From: Marsupella aquatica
Taxonomy: Eukaryota > Plantae > Marchantiophyta
DNA: 64,000 nt
Direction of reading: 5' to 3'
NCBI GenBank assembly: GCA_973895155.1
Contig: OZ316894.1
Coordinates: 9,324,234-9,388,233 of the forward strand
Made by a program: the position numbers and the translations under genes. A model generated the notes under the pieces. The model was not told the origin of the DNA, did not search any database, and saw only the letters and a program-made list of their open reading frames with translations. Positions 50,190-64,000 of this stretch are shown here, in pieces; the stretch's first letter is position 1, and every line of letters starts with the position of its first letter.

Positions 50190-53100
50190 TGTGTCATCCT
50201 TCGATTGTTTGTCTACGAGCCACAACCACTGTACTCCATATCGCCAGGTCGGTCTGTCTGCTGCTGATGAGACTGGAGAGTGGAGACCTCGTATTTGGCA
50301 GGCTTGGCTAATCATACTAGCACGTTTCAAGCCTCAAAAGATCATGGATTTTAGTACTAAAAGATGTGGACTACAAAATTCATGATCTATAACTTTTTGT
50401 CATCAAATATTGGTCATATGTCATGACCATAAATATTGGTCATATGCCATGACCATAAAGACATGTGAAAAAGACTTTTGCATCACTATGAAAAAGCTAT
50501 GGCCATTTGATTGCGGCCAAAAGCCATAGGCTGATACTATGAAGCTTTATGACTCCCTATTGAAAAGCCCAATCCCTGTGAGGTCACTAAAATCCTTTCA
50601 GCACTTCTGTTAGAATTGTGGGGGCTTTAGAGGGAATAGACAGATTCTTCCTTTTCTAAACTAAGATGTCATCCCAACCATTAGTTCAAAGGTGGGTGAC
50701 CATTCCAAGTTTAGAAGACTTCTGATGGAAATCTTAGCACTGGTGTATCTGAAAGAACATTGCAATTGGTTGGTCCAGATGAGTAAGACCTGTACACTGC
50801 TTTTGTGGCCAAAGTTTAGACTACCTCAAGAGGTGGTCTACACCTTTGTCCTCTTGATCTCTTGGAATCCCGCTTGGATTGCATTGCCCACCCAGGCCTC
50901 TCTGTTACTCATAGGCCTGGAAGCTAGATTTTAGGCCAAAAGTTGTCCTGTGGAGTTGGTATGGGAAAAGTTATATTGTCCACCAGGTTGTTCTTGTAAG
51001 TCACCCTGAAACCCAAAGGTCCATACCCCATTCTGGACAGTGAGCATACAGTTCACCAGCAAACCTTTATTGTTGGTGTAAGAGTGATATAACTAACCTG
51101 TGCCTTATTGGTAACTTGGTTGGCGATTCTCACTTGCAAAACAGTTATTTATACTTGCTTCCAGGTTTTAGCTGGTGGCCATTCAAAGTATTCCAAACCC
51201 AAAAGTCCTCTCAGTCTACTGCTAGCCAAAAGATGTGCTCACGGCCAATTTAGACAGATAACACTGTTTTCCAGAGAATTTTGCTTAGTAGAACGCTTTT
51301 AGGCTGTTTTGTCTGGAAGTTGATTTCTTTCCAATTTTCCGAGCTGCCCGCATGTTACTCAAAGACACATTTTTGCACTGGACACCAAAAGAATTTTGTG
51401 GCCTACCTTATTTACCACTAAAGTACTGGGAGACCACCAGGTCAGTCTGTCTTGTCAGACTGTCAAGACTTCGTATGCAGCAGCCACTGCCAGGTCACTA
51501 GGGAGAGCCCATTCCCTGTGAGGTCTCTCAAATCCTTTTAGCAGTGTGACATATTTTTGCAGTTCTCTTAGAATCAGACTCGTTGGCAGTTCTATTCACA
51601 AGAGCCCCTTTCTGGGCACTACATATTTTATTTTTTGCAGTTCTGTTAGAATCAGGCCAAACGATTTACTGTACGGTTGACAAAAGCCCCTTTGTGGGCA
51701 CTGGGCACACGGTTCACCTTATTCAGTATTATACTGTGAGTCTGTGACATCCTTCGATTGTTGTTGTACGAGTGCTACAAATACTCTAGTTGGAGATCAC
51801 CAGGTCAGTCTGTCTACTGTAGTCAGGATGTTGAGACCTCGTATTTTGGCAGGCTTTGCCAAGTCCCTAGCTTCAGTGATTTATTGAAAGGTTTTTACCG
51901 ACGGATGTGCTTGATGCACCCTCAAATCAACAACCCATGAGGTACTAAGTATATTGATTTAAAATCTACCAAGGTCTATCAATGGTCTGGATCATTCAGG
52001 GATCCCATCAAGTGACATTTTCATTTTGAAGTCCATCAAGCATACACCTCCCCTTCCCTATTCCTCGGTCCCAAACAACCCATGAGGTACTAAGTATATT
52101 GATTTAAAATATATCAAGGTCTATCAATGGTCTGGATCACTCAGAGTTCCCATCAAGTGACATGTTTGTTTTGGGGTCCATCAAGCATATACCTCCCCTT
52201 AACTATTCCTCGGATTCCAGGAGGAATTTCTTCTTTTCTAGAAAGGTTTATGGGATCATGTTGCATTAATGTGTTAAAAGCCAACGTCCTTAGGGTGAGT
52301 GATCAATTGAAAGCTCATTCCCCCATTCCTCAGATTCCAGGGGGCATTGAAAGTAAATGAAGGGTTAGGATAGTTGGGCGACCTTTTAGAAACTAAAGAT
52401 CGTTGACCGGGGCTAAAAGAGTTTAAAATCCTTTTATGGCCCCCAATGTCTTGTGAGGCTAACTCTAGCAAATAGTCATTGGAGTAGTTTGCTTAGAGAC
52501 AAGTTGTGGACGCACTCCACTTCAAAGGCACATGTCTTTTGCTAGTTCTTCTAGTTCTGACGGGAGAAGATCTCATGAAAGACTTGTGGATTCACTTTTA
52601 ATGCAAACTACTCAAAATTAGGTCTCAGACCAAGCAGCTAGATGAAGAGATCTCCAAGAGAGGTGGTCTAAAATCTTGGACAAAATTGTGCTCCACATAA
52701 GCAAAAGTTGGGTTCCATTACTTCCCATGCAGGATCAACAACAGTGTAGAAAGAAACTGCCCCAACATCTTGTAAAGTGAAATGGAGTTGTATCTCCCCA
52801 TGGATGGTCCTGATCACATCTTGGAGACCAGAAAAGGTTGAAACTGCCACCAATGTCATGAATAGCCACCCTAATTTCTTGAAGGTTCATGGGATTGGGC
52901 TGCAAAAAATGGGATAAGCCGAAGCCCATGTCCTAAGCCTAAGGGATTAAGCCTGGGCCCCCTCTTCCCCAGATTCCAGAAGGCATCAAAAGCAGATGAA
53001 GCTTGATTATTAGAAATGTGGGAACAGGGTATTTTTAAGGGGTTTTCCATTTCATTCTCATCTTATAGTAGATAGATTCTAAGAATATTCCAGATGTAAC

Positions 53101-53420
53101 TTTCCCAGATAGTTTATGGCTGTTAGATCCCTAGATTTAGGATTCACCATCATATTCGGCTAATGGGTACTGTGGTTATCCAGTCAGAAAACGTGGTGAA
53201 TTTTGCCAAAAGTGACAAAAACTTCACGAGACATGGAATTTGGGGAAGTGTTGCCACTACCAAAAAGTGTTGGTGGGAAACTTTTTAATTGGATAGTGCT
53301 GCATAAAATGTGTTTAAAGCCAAAACTGACCTCCCTAATGTGAGGAATTACTTAATAGCCCACTTCCCCCTATCTCAGATTCCAGGAGGCATTAAAAGTA
53401 ATGAAGATTAATTTCTAGAA
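50190..53420. repeat. Mosaic of local duplications, probably an old non-autonomous element
   Basis: 50190-50310 resembles 51745-51860; 50565-50615 resembles 51505-51545; tandem copies of about 146 bp at 51931 and 52077; c.gattccag motif near 52210, 52331, 52970 and 53377. Confidence 0.6.
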
Positions 53421-55089
53421 AGGTGGGAAACGTTGCTTGGGATCATGCTGCAGAAAACGTGCTAAAGCCGATTCCAACTGAGACAGTCATGTCCAGTGTT
53501 TTCCATTTTGGCTATGTATCACCAAATATCACCACTCATTTTGCCTTGGCCACTCCATACAAAGATAATAATTGGAAATTACAGGGCAAATGGCCAAAAC
53601 TGCCTTGTCAGTGAGATCCCAACGCCAGGTTTGCTCAGTTGATCCTTTAAGGAGTGGCCAAATGTCCAATATCTTTTGCTTGTGCTCTAGGGCGTGGCCA
53701 AATGACCGATACACTATCTCCAACTTGTTTGCCAGGTTACCAGTTCACTGGTTTTCTTTGCCAGTTTGCTTGTGTTTTTCCGCTTAGGATGCCTATTATG
53801 GTGTCCCGTGGAGGACAGCCACTTTGGCTGCACTTGACATTCCTCAGGAAACACATGGTGATAACACATACACCGACAAGATTTACCCAGTGCAGATTTT
53901 TATGATTATGGGGACTTCAAGTGAGCCCTGACTTGCTGGCTCACTTGCAGTCCTTCCCCGCACAGACTTGCCAAGTGGAGATGATGAATGGCTTGCAACT
54001 GGGCGACCACGACATTGACGTTACTTTAGCCAACAGTGCTTTGCCCCCCATCTCGAAACCAGTCCATCACGCGGTTGTCAATCGATGGGTTAAAAAACGT
54101 CCATATCAATCAATTCCTATTCATTGAAACAGGCTTCGAGGGAATTATTCGTGCAGGTTCTGCAGAAAAATGAAGTGCACTGCCATCCTGGCCATCAGTT
54201 ATGCATGGAACATGGGAGTTTTCGAAACTCGAATTTAATAAGAGACAGTCCATTGATTTACTCACGGATCAAATTCCTCTCTTTGGACAACATGAATGTG
54301 ATGGTCGAATGTTCATGTACAGCATCCAACAGAAGACACACAGTACATCAGCTTTGTTCTACAACAACAGAAAACTGCACCAAATCTACAAGTGCTACTG
54401 CAGCACCGTGTGATAAGAGCGAGTTTGGATCACACTGCAGGGATGAAATGCTAGATTTTAAAAAACAAATGATGATGTAGACATTCCGAAAACGAATGCT
54501 GCAGACATACCTCCATGCTTACGTAACGTCACCACACCCACGGAGAAAACCAATCTTAATAGAACTGGCCGTTACATGGCGTAGGCGGATGTTCGCAAAC
54601 GCACGTCACGAGATCGCTTTACGCTCTATCGCAAGGTAGCCATGTCTCACGAGGAAAGTAAGTGTTAAAAAGTTGTCCACCCTTCGCTGACTTTTTCAGT
54701 ATTATCCACTTGCTTTGGTGTTGGTGAGCAATGTCTTTTGCAAAAGGTAAATCAGCTACAAAGTTCGCAGCAAAGGCTGACAAAGAACGAACCACTACGT
54801 CAAAAGGAAAAAAGAGGAGCTTTAGCTATGTGGGAACTCCACTAGTCTTCTTCAGACAATTCTGTACCTACCAAGCATGCTCCACAAAGCACACTTGGTA
54901 TCACTTCACCAAAATTGGCTTGGCCTTTCCAAACTCGCCACTCCATGGACATGAAGGCGAGCAGACTATGGAAAGTATAATCAGGATGGGGGACAGCTAC
55001 GTCAAAATGACCCGGAAAGCTCTTGCAAGGAATTCTGTGTCGAGGTAGAGGCAGCTCTGTTTGGTTACAAACTGATTATTTAGATTAAC

Positions 55090-58000
55090 TCAGCCAAAGA
55101 TGATGGTTTTGTTGCCACTGTATCGAATTATTCGCTGTTCGCAGTAATACTTGATGGCCTTCGCCAGACACTGTTTCTCAAGATTCTCAGATTTCATTGC
55201 AAATGTATGTAAGGTATCACGGTGCGAAACACGGTCCACCTGGGGTCCACAATGACAATTAACAGTTCTTAGTGCGAAGACAAAGACTAGTCTCATCGAC
55301 AACCGTGGGAGCTATCTCTCAAAGCTCACGGTTTGAAACAAAAAGGGAAAATGGGTCATGCTTTGGACGTGGCACAGAATCTAGACATGCCTGCTGTCCA
55401 ACCTGGTTCGAACATCCAAAGCTGTTTTTCTGCCTTGAAAAGCTTTGACATATTACATAAAAACAACCAAAGATATCACCCGGGTACAAGATCTCACCAT
55501 CTGTTCTATGATTGGCCCGCTATCCAGTTCTTGAGTGACAAAGTGAGCTGTTGCGCCGATGAGCTTCACTCCGGCTTGATATGCCTAATAATAAGCATTG
55601 CCATTGACCAGCTTTTCATCGTTAGAAAGTAGTACAAAATCGAATGAAAAAATATGCAATGATTCCACAATAATTGGAATAATAAGACGTCCAGAACGTA
55701 ATTGGTAAAAAATATTAAGCAGAAGTTAGGTACTTGGCGCGGAGAAACCAGGATGATTTCACTCTTTAAACACAGTATTTTTCCAGGTGGGCCCTCTCAA
55801 CGAAACCACACAGGAGTTTGAGGGAAAACTAAGACCATGTTGTGTACAGTACTCGAAAATTCCAGAAAAGAAACAACCAATGTTTGAGGTATGCATGGCA
55901 CAGTGACATGCTCTATTGCAGACTCCAATATGATCAAGCTCAAAAATTCTTGAAGCTCACAAAGCAGTTGTGTTGACATTTATAACAGCGACTGGGAGAT
56001 AAGAATCTGAAGTGAACGGGGAGCGAAATGCCTGTTTTGTCATAATTCATACCTGTCTGTAGGGATTGGCCCCTTTAAATGAGGGCAAGAGTCCATGATG
56101 AATATTTATGATGTCTTTCCGATATCTCGTCAGGAAGTCTGGTGACAAAACCTGGCAGTAAGGAATTTCACAAGAGGTCAGCCAGAATTAGTAACACCCA
56201 AAATAAATCTCAGAGACTGATAGTCAAACCATCCGACTCACTTGCATGTAGCGAGCTAGAACCAGGAAATCTGTGTCTGTGACAAGCTCCAAAATTTCTT
56301 CCTCTTTCTTGTTAAACCTGCTTGTCGGCAAATAGTGATATGGTATGCCATGCCGATCCAGGAACCGTCCCACATGCGTGTTTGGTCCACGATCATGATT
56401 ACTGCAAAAAAGAACATGATTGGCTTCATTTAGGCTAAATGTTGGAAATCTGCGGAGCATCAAGACGGTCCAGAGTGAACAGAAGCTACAAATTGAATTG
56501 ACATTGTTGAAACCAGCACAATTCACCTGATCACAGCGCTGATTTGGGCAGGAAGCTCTCCTTCCTGCCATCTGTGCAGAAGGTCCACTAAACAATGGTC
56601 CTGTCTCCGCCAACAATGACAAGTTCAGGATTTTTTCTACATGATAGCATCATAACATAGCCAACTTATTTTAAAGGTGAATTGAAGAGCGCAGACATTA
56701 ATAGAACAGACCATGCTCATTGCGCAAAAAAGTCCCAGGACATTCTATTTGGGGTAGAGACCATGAAGCCTGCAGCAATTGGTACGATGTCCAACCGAAG
56801 TATGTTTGTCCATTATGCTCTTCATTACACTTGGAAATGCCCTCTCCAAGCCTAATTCTACATAGTTAAACTTCCTTATTTACCATTACAGCCCAATTCA
56901 AGCATCTATTCATAGTAAATCGGACAAGGAGATAAACTGATATCTCAAGAAGTTTCACCTGCCGAGACGCAAGAATTACTGTCTTCATAAAGTCATCGAT
57001 CCCAGGCACACGGACAACTGATGTTTGAGCTTTGAAACAGCGCGAAATTACTGCGAAGTCTTCATCCATCACATCTCGGGGCCACTGCAACGGATCAAAG
57101 GAAAACTCACTGTGCTATATTTATGTGAGAACGCACACTTGCAGTGATCAATCATCCCTTAACTTCAGTGAATAAACAGCCTCTTCAGCTTCTTGCCTTG
57201 TCTACGAACCTACTGCACAAGATACTCACCTCCACCAAAGGACGACTCAATTGCTGTGGAGTATCCATGATGGCAGATGATCAGACCAGCAACGAATGTT
57301 TCACATTTTATGACCCTCTAAAAAAATTTAGATATGAAAACACTTCATTTAAATTGAAAGAAGCCATAAAAGTTTTCATTTAATGTGGAGCTCACCTGCG
57401 GGAATAGAAGACAGGTGACCCACTGTCAAAATCAATGTAGATGTGGACGCTTAAAATGTTTGCTCCCCGCTTGGAAATCTTTTCAGATATTGTTGCAACA
57501 ATCCCTAGCTGGTCCTGCACCAGGAGAATAAAGGCAAAGGCATGACATTTCACTACGTGTCTTCCATGAACTCGAATCAATCCGACTAGCTACAGGCCAG
57601 CAATAGCATTCAAAAAGCAGTTTGAAAACTCAGTGTTCGGAACCCAAGTCTGGAAGACACGAAAACACCCACAGCAATTGGACGAGACGAGAATATTCAG
57701 CAGACTACTCAGGTCATTAGATCATATTTCTCCAACAGAAACTAGGAGTCTAAGAATCTGTTCTACCGACTACCAAGCGATATGCTCCTGAACTTCAAGT
57801 TTGAGTTTAAAAGAGAATTCCTGATGTCCTCATGCCCGCGATAGTGTTCATCTTATTTGAACTCAGCTCATTGTCTTCGCGGACTTTATTCCATCTTTAT
57901 TTTTTCACTGGTCTCCATAACGACATACAAACGTACTCCTGCGTAATGTCTGTAATAGAACACACACTGGGCTTCCCACGAAAGTATCTACCCTGATGAG

Positions 58001-58571
58001 TAAAGCTGGGAAGGAAGCTCGGCTCAGCTGAAATGGGTGAAAGTACATTATTTTGCAGGTCATTATCAGCCAAATGCTAAGCCAATTGGGCGTCGATTGA
58101 CAATTTCTTATATGGGAATCCAGCCGCGACGGATATGAGACCCCTTTCCCAACACTATGGAGCTTGGAATCGCCAATGCAATTCGAATATAGACGGAAAG
58201 CGGATGAAATCGAGTCGGCTGACGACATTCTCCAACTGAGCACAGTTTTTGTCATATGGGCTGGACCGGACATGGTGAATTCCATATTTGCATTGCGTAA
58301 TATTAATGTGTAAGTACATGTGACCGGTCAACAGGAACAAAATTGAAGGTGGAGCGAGAGAATTTACAGAGCATTGGAAGATGTGGACGCCGTTCCTTCG
58401 CCGTTGGTTAACGCTACAGAGAGCTCGTTCTGAATTAAAGTAGTCGGTTCTTCTCAACCTGTAGCTCGAGGCGTGCCCCCCATGGCCACCATCCACAATG
58501 CTTCTTCCTGAAACAGCACAACGGCTCCACCTCGCAATCGAGAGACTCGCCAGACGATTCCACCGACGCAT
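55090..58571 (-). CDS. purU: Formyltetrahydrofolate deformylase, probably mitochondrial
   Basis: ACT-domain start GVHIFQCS|[14 protein letters not shown], then [73 protein letters not shown] and [10 protein letters not shown]. Eight GT-AG exons. Arg/Ser-rich N-terminal presequence. Confidence 0.97.
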
Positions 58572-58864
58572 TGTCCCTCCTTCGCTCCGTCCGTCCGTCC
58601 GTCCCTCACCACTCTACCAGTGAACAAACACTTCTCCACGCCATACAACAATTCCTTTCTGCCTCGCACCTCTTGAAACCATCCAATCGAATGAAACTCT
58701 AGTTCTGCCTCTCAAGAATTTCACTCCCCACCTCAATTGGCTTTCCTCGCCTCGCGTCACCCTAGGCTGACTGCTCTATCGCCATGACCCGCCACCTGCA
58801 TCCCCACAGACCCAATGAATCAGAATCTTCAAAAGCAATGACGATGTGAGCAACAATTTTCATT

Positions 58865-59160
58865 AGCCCATTCTCTCTCTCTCTCTAGTCAGCCACTCCG
58901 GTAATGAGGAATGAGGAATCTCTACACTTTATCCACCTTCTATCTCTCTCTAGCTAGTCAGCCACTCCAGTAGGCTGATCCTCTCGGGAAATGGAGGAAC
59001 TCTCTCTCTTGGTAGCTAGTCGGCCATTCCGGTAGGCTGATCCTCTGGAGAAATCTGTAACAGTAAAGTACGGAGAAACTCTCTCTCTTGCTATTAATTG
59101 GCCATTCCGGGAGGCTGATCTTCTCGAGAATCTGTAACAGTACAGTACGGAGAAAGGATT
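58865..59160. repeat. Short degenerate direct repeats upstream of purU
   Basis: agtcagccactccggtaggctgatc-like unit x4 and aatctgtaacagta.agtacggagaaa x2. Confidence 0.7.
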
Positions 59161-59774
59161 GGCAGCGCTTCACTCTTCAACCGTTGCTGTGGATAAAGTA
59201 GCATTTCGGTCAAACTATGCTACACGAGGCAAAACCGCCATCGCCATTTCTGATAACCTTCTCCAATATATCCAGCCGAAACAAATTGCTTCCAAACGAC
59301 ACCGCCAACGTTCACGGACCGAAAAAATCCACCCTGCCAAGATATCCGCCTCTGTATTCTGGCAATCACATGTAGGCAATCACATGTAGGCAATCACATG
59401 TATCCAACAGGCACCCAAAAAGTTGACAAATTTCTCAAACCTGCACCGAAACAGTGCAGCAGAGCAGAACGTAGCTGGATACGACGTTCCTACCCAGCCT
59501 TCTTCCAAACCCGAGAGCTACTAGAATAGATCGATTAAAGTGTTCCTAGCTGAGAGAAATTGTGCGCGTGTGTCTTCGAACTGCGCTCGAGATGCGCAAT
59601 GGTGAGAATCTTAGGAAAAACTCACTCAACATGCCGATTGAAAGAAGAATGAATAATGGAATGCTTTAAGTAGGCGAAGCAGCTGTGGAATTCATCGCAC
59701 TGGTCAGGAGTGATGACGATTTCTGGGGTTATCTCCCGCCTGCAGCAGACATAACCCCCGAACTTGTTGCCATT

Positions 59775-59775
<1 letters not shown>

Positions 59776-59822
<47 letters not shown>
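59776..59822 (+). repeat. (CT)n microsatellite
   Basis: About 23 perfect units. Confidence 0.95.
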
Positions 59823-59824
<2 letters not shown>

Positions 59825-62219
59825 AAAGCTAACTCTGAAAATTGATTCCAATTGGAAAAAGAAGAAGAAGGAGAAGAGAACGATAAGCTGAAGATCAAGG
59901 AGGAGAGCAGTCCAGAAATTTTCAAGGCTTTTCTTCGTCTTCGTCGTCTCCAACGAGAGTGGAATTCGACACTTTCTGTCTTCCTCTTGCAAGGAGGCAA
60001 CGAAGCGATAGACCAGACACAACACAATCATAGCTCTGCACTAGACATCGTCGACCATAATGTATGGGAGCCACAACAACTGTAACCATGGTCAGTCATG
60101 GCCATCGCCCTACTAACTGTGGTTGATTGTATAGGGTAACCTCCATCGCCCTACTAACTATGGTTGATTGTATAGGGTAAACTATGGCCCCAAGTGGGTT
60201 ATGGAATGTAATGCCCAAGTAGGGTGAGCCCAAGGGGGTTATAACCATGGCCCACAAGAGGCCATGGATTAACAACCATAAGCCAAAAGTGTAGTTTTAC
60301 TCTATCTCTGATCTGAAAGTTGTGACTGAAATTGGCTACCCCTTCGGGCGGGCTAGCCAAAGGGACCAAAATCTCATAGCCCCCAGGCCAAGCTGCCCGT
60401 GCCGGGGGAGGGGGGGCGGGGGTGGTGGTAACCCTAAACCCTACACCAACCATTTCTATGCTGCATCCCCAACTCGAGTCATCCTGGGAACTCCTAACCA
60501 CACAACTGCAGCAACCACAGTACAGTTGTCTTTCTCTAAGTGCACAGTCCATCAGTGAACAGCCTGATAATTGCCTCTTTAGAACATGGATTTGCACTTT
60601 TATTTCACCTTTTGTAACTGCCAACAAGCCTGAAAAACTTTAGCTAAATGACAACTTTATAAGTTCAGTACCATTGATAAGTGTACATGTACACTTATTG
60701 GTAAGCGCACAATCTCATCAAATTACACTTACTTAAGTGCATGGCATGTTTCCATATAGTAAAACTCTCACTTATGGGGTAGGGGATCATATGTTTAGGG
60801 TAGATGTACAAATTAGAGTGTGTGTTTGTGTTCACTGACAGAGGGGCTATTGCACGTGGAGGAACTGTAGCTCTTCTCAGTAAATGCACAATTCCCCTAT
60901 AAGCACTTCATCATCGAGTGCAAACCTGCATTAAGTGCACACCAAATGCTTCTTCCTGGGACTATGCACTTAGAGAGAGACCACTATAGACTTTAACTGC
61001 AAATGTGGTGGGCAGTAGCCACTTGCTCACATGCACCCATGCAAAATTGATAGAAATTGTTTACTTTGTGAGCTTTGATCATTTCCAGAGTCTTGGGAAG
61101 CAAAGGCCACATGACATTGAACCCATCCACTGCAACTTGGATACATTATTGCAAAAAGGATGAAATCCTAACAAACATGTAAATGGATAACTTGTAAATA
61201 TTGTGTTGCTATCAATGCAATGTGGCCTTTATCTAGAAAAACATGTCATGTGTGGCTACTCAGTGTGAGCCAGGATGGACTATCATTGTGTCTCTAACAA
61301 CTCCCATGGACTGTGACTCACAGTTCTTCACACACTTTACACCCATGGCTCATGAGAACCAGGGAGCAAAAGTCAGGTTTGAGCTTTTGCAATCAATCTG
61401 GCTCTGCATTTGTAAGCCCAGAGGACTATGCAAGGGAATGTGTTGCACTCAAAATTTTCATCTTTCACATAAACTTTTACATTAGGGGATTTACACTCAA
61501 TTCTTCATGGTTTCTATCTTCATGATTTAGATCTTCCTATGTTACAAAGCCCTTGAATTGCACGTATGTTGACACAAAATTGCCTGTTTTGATAGAGAAA
61601 TACTTCAATGTTGAAGTTTTCCATAAACTCTTGCATCATGGGCAGTTCTGTTTAAAACTGAAGCTGAAACTCAGTTTACTCTTTTTGCAGTGGTATGGGG
61701 GGTGAGAATAGAGGCAACAAATATTTGTGTGGTTGGGGAGGTCACATATTCAAGTTGCCTTTTGTTTTACTCATTGCATGGGGGGTTGTTGTGCACAATT
61801 CAGTTAATTGTTGGGGAGCTAGACAAAAGGTGATGAGCACTCTAAGGATTAACAAAGTGTATATTTTGGGATACCACATGAGATCATAGCCCTTGTTTAA
61901 GCGCCCCCATCTTACAAAGAAAATACAAATATTTATTATTATTTTCACTTTAATTACCTCATTAAGTTTATAACAGGTATATATTAGGAAGTATTTTATA
62001 TATGAGTGTACATTATGATTATTACCTCATATGCTTTTTAAATGTTTTGCAAATACCACTAAAATATACATATTTTTAATCCGATGTAGTTATAAAAAGT
62101 GAGTTTGTCTGCAGTTGTCACCCCTAGAGTTTACAAAAAACTTGAATGTCAAATATAATTTCTTGTCTTTCATAGAACTTGTGTCATATTATGGTGGACT
62201 AGCCCAATGCATGTGAGTT

Positions 62220-62800
62220 GCACAAAAGATGTTGAGGAGATAAATGATATTGAGGTGAGCAAAAGATGTTGAGGAGACAAAAGATGTCAAGGTGATAAAA
62301 GATGTCGAGGTGAGCAAAAGATGTCGAGGTGAGAAACGATGTCAAAGTGAGAAAAGATGTCGAGGAGAGAAGTTGTCAAGGTGAGCAAAATATGTCAAGG
62401 TGATAAATATGTTTAGGAGAGAAAAGATGTCCAGATGAGCAAAAGATGTTGAGGAGAGAAAAGATGCGAGGAGAGAAAAAGATGTTGAGATGAGAAAAAG
62501 ATTTAGAGGAGAGAAATATGCCAAGGAGAGCAAAAGATGTCAAGATGAGCAAAAACATTTGAGGTGATAAAAGATGTTGGGAGAGAAAATATGTCAAGGT
62601 GAGAAAATATGTCAAGGAGAAAAAAACATGTTGCTCAGATGAGAAAAAAATTCAAGGACAGAAAAATGATTTTGAAGAGAGAAAGGGTATTGACTTGAGC
62701 AAAAGATGTGAAGGAGATAAAAACATTTTGAGATAAGAAAAATATGTTTAGGCGAGGCAAAGATGTCTAGGCAAGAGGAGGCAAAAATGTTGAGTGCAAG
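62220..62800 (+). repeat. Purine-rich minisatellite (about 19-20-bp degenerate units)
   Basis: Repeated aaaagatgtYgaggWgag units. Confidence 0.9.
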
Positions 62801-64000
62801 TTTAGATGTACGCTGCATTGAGGCAAGATGTTGGGGTGAGGTGAACATGTTGAGGCGGCAAAGAAATGTAAAAAAATGCAAGTGAGCCAAATAAATGTAG
62901 ACAATGCAAAGAAATGCAAGTGAGACAGGAAAATTGTTTAGACATTTCAAATGTTGTTGCGACTATGTTGTCATTATGGCAAATAATGCAGTCACTCTGG
63001 TCAAGAGAGTGTTGTGGCTATGCCATTCTTGCAGCCATGTTGTTGCCAAGCCCAATGCCAAAGCATTGCATAGATATAGAGAGGTAAGGTAAAGAACTAT
63101 TGATTAAAGGCTGGGGTTTTTAGGTGAATCAAACTGAAAATATTGGATTTGCCATAGTTCCGTCTTGCCCATTTCATGATAGAAGTGTTTTTGATGTGCA
63201 TATCTTGTTCAAAATAGCACATGAAATATTGCCTTCATATTTGCAGTTTTATTTTATTTTGGACAAAGCTGTTGTTATTGTTGTGAAAGCTATGTTGTTG
63301 GTGAGAGCAAGAATGTGGAAAGGGTGAGAGGGAGCGCAAGAGAGGTGAGGACCTCCGGGTTCTTTGCCGGGTCAAGGTGTGGTCGCACAATAATATTGGG
63401 AGGAGAACATCTTTTCCCTGATTTTCCTCCTTTCTTCACTCTTTTCCCCCCTCTTCTTTCTTGGCATCATTAAATAAACAGAGTAAATGCACAATTAATA
63501 CAGAGAAGAAGAGAAAAAAGGGAGTAAAAAGCAGAATTAACTCATTTTCCTTCCTTCTATAGTCTCACACTCACCTCTATTCAAAAATCCAAAAATGTTC
63601 TCATGCCCCAAAAGTTTCTCTTTCCAAACGGGTGTCCTTTCATACTTGAAAAAAATACAATGTGAGGTGATGTCTTATAAGTATCATCTCATGTATTCTG
63701 TATTTGACTGTTAAAATAAGCAAATCATTTGACATACCTGGTCCGTCAATCCAATAGCACTAAAAAATCTTTAAAACAATGTGATGGCTCATGTTAGTTC
63801 CCTCCATTTCTGAATTTGTAAGCAAACTAGAGAACATTTTGGCAGCTCTTGCAAAAGTACTGTTGCTAACTGGAACTCAATTGCTGTTGCTACACTTGCT
63901 ACAAAGTTTGAGTGGCTTTGATTGTTGCTGCAGCTACTGAAATTAAACTGGATCATTATTGTTGTTGCTGAAATTGAGCGGATCTACTGAAATTGAGTGG

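Noticed and set aside
53423-55048. Several 60-118 aa ORFs downstream of purU
   Set aside because: No recognisable motifs or consistent exon chain. Part is probably the purU 3' UTR read antisense.
60640-62130. Possible decayed DNA transposon (aagtgcac-rich region similar to 49600-49910, Cys-rich ORF fragments)
   Set aside because: No termini, TSD or diagnostic transposase motif could be established.
62220-62800. CRISPR-like array or hydrophobic ORFs in the ~20-bp repeat
   Set aside because: The units are contiguous and degenerate with no unique spacers, in a eukaryotic context. The ORFs are low-complexity translations of a minisatellite.

Overview
Nuclear DNA from a land plant, probably a non-seed plant (inferred from short GT-AG introns, TTTAGGG motifs and plant-type genes; the species cannot be determined). 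The first 19 kb hold a complete but decayed CACTA/EnSpm (CMC) DNA transposon at 1023-18859, with CACAA termini and a CAA target-site duplication. It contains a multi-exon Transposase_21-type gene, a divergently transcribed TnpA/Ptta-like gene, an unknown accessory ORF and a nested Ty1/copia element (4192-9979, TSD GCACT). The most notable feature is a SET-domain (lysine methyltransferase-like) exon inside the first transposase intron. It is in frame with the transposase-associated Cys/His exon, so alternative splicing could give either a transposase or a SET protein. Six ACGT-dense non-coding islands punctuate the element and may be binding arrays, suggesting a transposon-encoded chromatin-modifying or anti-silencing system (inference). 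The remainder has three recognisable minus-strand host genes: a HESO1/NTP4-like nucleotidyltransferase, a Sel1/HCP-like protein and formyltetrahydrofolate deformylase (purU). These are separated by LTR remnants, small non-autonomous elements and tandem repeats. All alignments and counts were done by eye.
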